From a virus (Duplodnaviria; Caudoviricetes), in the IMG/VR virus record IMGVR_UViG_3300032242_000023, positions 1 through 34,782 of that record: a stretch of 34,782 nt of DNA; one strand, written 5' to 3'. The notes beneath the pieces were generated by a model. That model searched no databases. It was not told where the DNA came from and was given only the letters and a program-made list of their open reading frames with translations. Shown piece after piece: positions 33,536 through 34,782 of the stretch (position 1 is the stretch's first letter; each line of letters starts with the position of its first letter). The position numbers and the translations under genes were made by a program.

Positions 33536-34516
33536 ATGGCATTCGCTAATGCAGCAATCACCGATATTATCGCTACCACGATTCAAAGTCGTAGCGGTGA
33601 ATTGGCTGACAACTTAACACAAAACAACGCAATCCTACAAAGATTGAACTCTAAAGGTAATGTACGCAGTTTCTCAGGCGGTAACGTAATTCTTGAAGAA
33701 ATCATGTACAACGATCCAAATACTAATAACGCTAATTCTTATAGCGGTTACGAAGTATTGAACATTTCTCCAGATAGCCCTATTTCTGCTGCTCAGTACA
33801 AGATTTCACAGTACGCTGACTCAGTAACTATGTCTGGTTTAGAAATGTTGCAAAATAGCTCTAAAGAAGCAATCATTGACCTGTTAGATGGTCGTATGCA
33901 AGTTTCTGAAGCTCGTTTGCTTAACCGTATTTCTGGTGACTTGTACCTTGACGGTACTGGTAACGGTGGTAAGAACTTGGATGGTTTGGCTGCTGCTGTT
34001 TCAGCTACTCCTACTACAGGTACTTATGGTGGTATTAACCGTGCTAACTGGACTTTCTGGCAGAACGTAGCTACAACTGGTACAACTATTACTAGCTCAA
34101 ACATTTTGGCTAAAATGACTTCTACAGCTATTCAATTAGTTCGTGGAACAGATAAAGCTGACTTGATCGTTGCTGATAATAACTTCTACTCTTTGTATGT
34201 TCAGTCTTTGCAAGCTATCCAACGTATCGCTTCTGAAGAAGCCGGTGCTGCTGGTTTTGCTTCATTAAAGTTCTACGGTGGTGGTACATCTGCTGATGTG
34301 GTACTAGGTGGTGGTTATGGTTCACAAGCTCCTGCAAATACTATGTATTTCTTGAACACCAACTACATTTTCTTCCGCCCTCACAAAGAGCGTAATTTTG
34401 TACCTATTGGTGGTGAGCGTCAGTCTATTAACCAAGACGCTATTGTTAAGCTGTATGGCTGGGCTGGTAACTTGACAACAAGTAACTCATTCCTCCAAGG
34501 CATCTTGACTAACTAA
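33536..34516 (+). CDS. Major capsid protein (HK97 fold inferred)
   Basis: 326 aa after the scaffold; strongly biased codons; LYLDGTG...LDGL and TYGGINR segments. Confidence 0.9.
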   Translation: MAFANAAITDIIATTIQSRSGELADNLTQNNAILQRLNSKGNVRSFSGGNVILEEIMYNDPNTNNANSYSGYEVLNISPDSPISAAQYKISQYADSVTMSGLEMLQNSSKEAIIDLLDGRMQVSEARLLNRISGDLYLDGTGNGGKNLDGLAAAVSATPTTGTYGGINRANWTFWQNVATTGTTITSSNILAKMTSTAIQLVRGTDKADLIVADNNFYSLYVQSLQAIQRIASEEAGAAGFASLKFYGGGTSADVVLGGGYGSQAPANTMYFLNTNYIFFRPHKERNFVPIGGERQSINQDAIVKLYGWAGNLTTSNSFLQGILTN

Positions 34517-34539
34517 TTGATAAGTAAAGGAAAATTATC

Positions 34540-34782
34540 ATGGCATATACAATTACCCCACTAGCTGGGATTGACTTAAGCGATACACAAACTGTTGCAG
34601 AACAAGCTACTACAAGTGGTTTGGTAACATTTGGCCCATTAGGTGCAGAAGTATTTGCATCTGATGGTAAGCGTTATGTTTGGGCTAAAGCTGGCTCAAC
34701 CATTGCTGCTTCTACTGCAACTTGCTCTATTAACACTACGACTTTCGTAGCAACTGGCGGTGCTGGTACTTATGCTGGCCCA
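34540..34782 (+). CDS. 5' part of the junction-spanning 98-aa putative decoration protein
   Basis: AAAGGA RBS and ATG 34540; frame continues through the terminal repeat to the stop at 175-177. Confidence 0.7.
   Translation, partial: MAYTITPLAGIDLSDTQTVAEQATTSGLVTFGPLGAEVFASDGKRYVWAKAGSTIAASTATCSINTTTFVATGGAGTYAGP
34660..34782. repeat. Direct terminal repeat, copy 2
   Basis: Identical to 1-123. Confidence 0.97.

Overview
The window is a complete, circularly assembled genome of a tailed dsDNA phage. Bases 1-123 repeat exactly at 34660-34782, so the unique length is about 34,659 bp. It is AT-rich and has a P22-like short-tail architecture: terS, terL, a portal with a coiled-coil C-terminus, scaffold, HK97-type major capsid, adaptor, nozzle, GNAT, four putative ejection proteins, fibres and a lysis cassette (two holin-like genes, Rz with embedded Rz1, GH108 endolysin). 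A leftward early arm carries ERF, an SSB-like protein, a PD-(D/E)XK exonuclease, tRNA-Asn and small ORFs. A rightward arm carries a Cro-like gene, a minimal replication-initiator-like domain, nin-like nucleases, a Dps/ferritin-like protein and an ART-like protein. I found no integrase, cI repressor, DNA polymerase, primase or helicase. The spanins indicate a Gram-negative host; a freshwater betaproteobacterium is my inference only. The most unusual signals are non-coding. (i) A ~200-nt, promoter-preceded, multi-stem and potentially pseudoknotted element lies near where a replication origin and initiator N-domain would be expected. (ii) A cluster of structured elements surrounds the tRNA, including a perfect three-way junction whose loop is complementary to the AAGGGGA ribosome-binding sites of several early genes. 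(iii) A 21-bp inverted repeat covering two RBS/ATG regions brackets the control region. Also notable are a fibre plus glycosyltransferase block inserted between portal and scaffold, and the glycosyltransferase's apparent lack of a canonical start codon. All product calls come from motif recognition and synteny by eye; no database searches were run.
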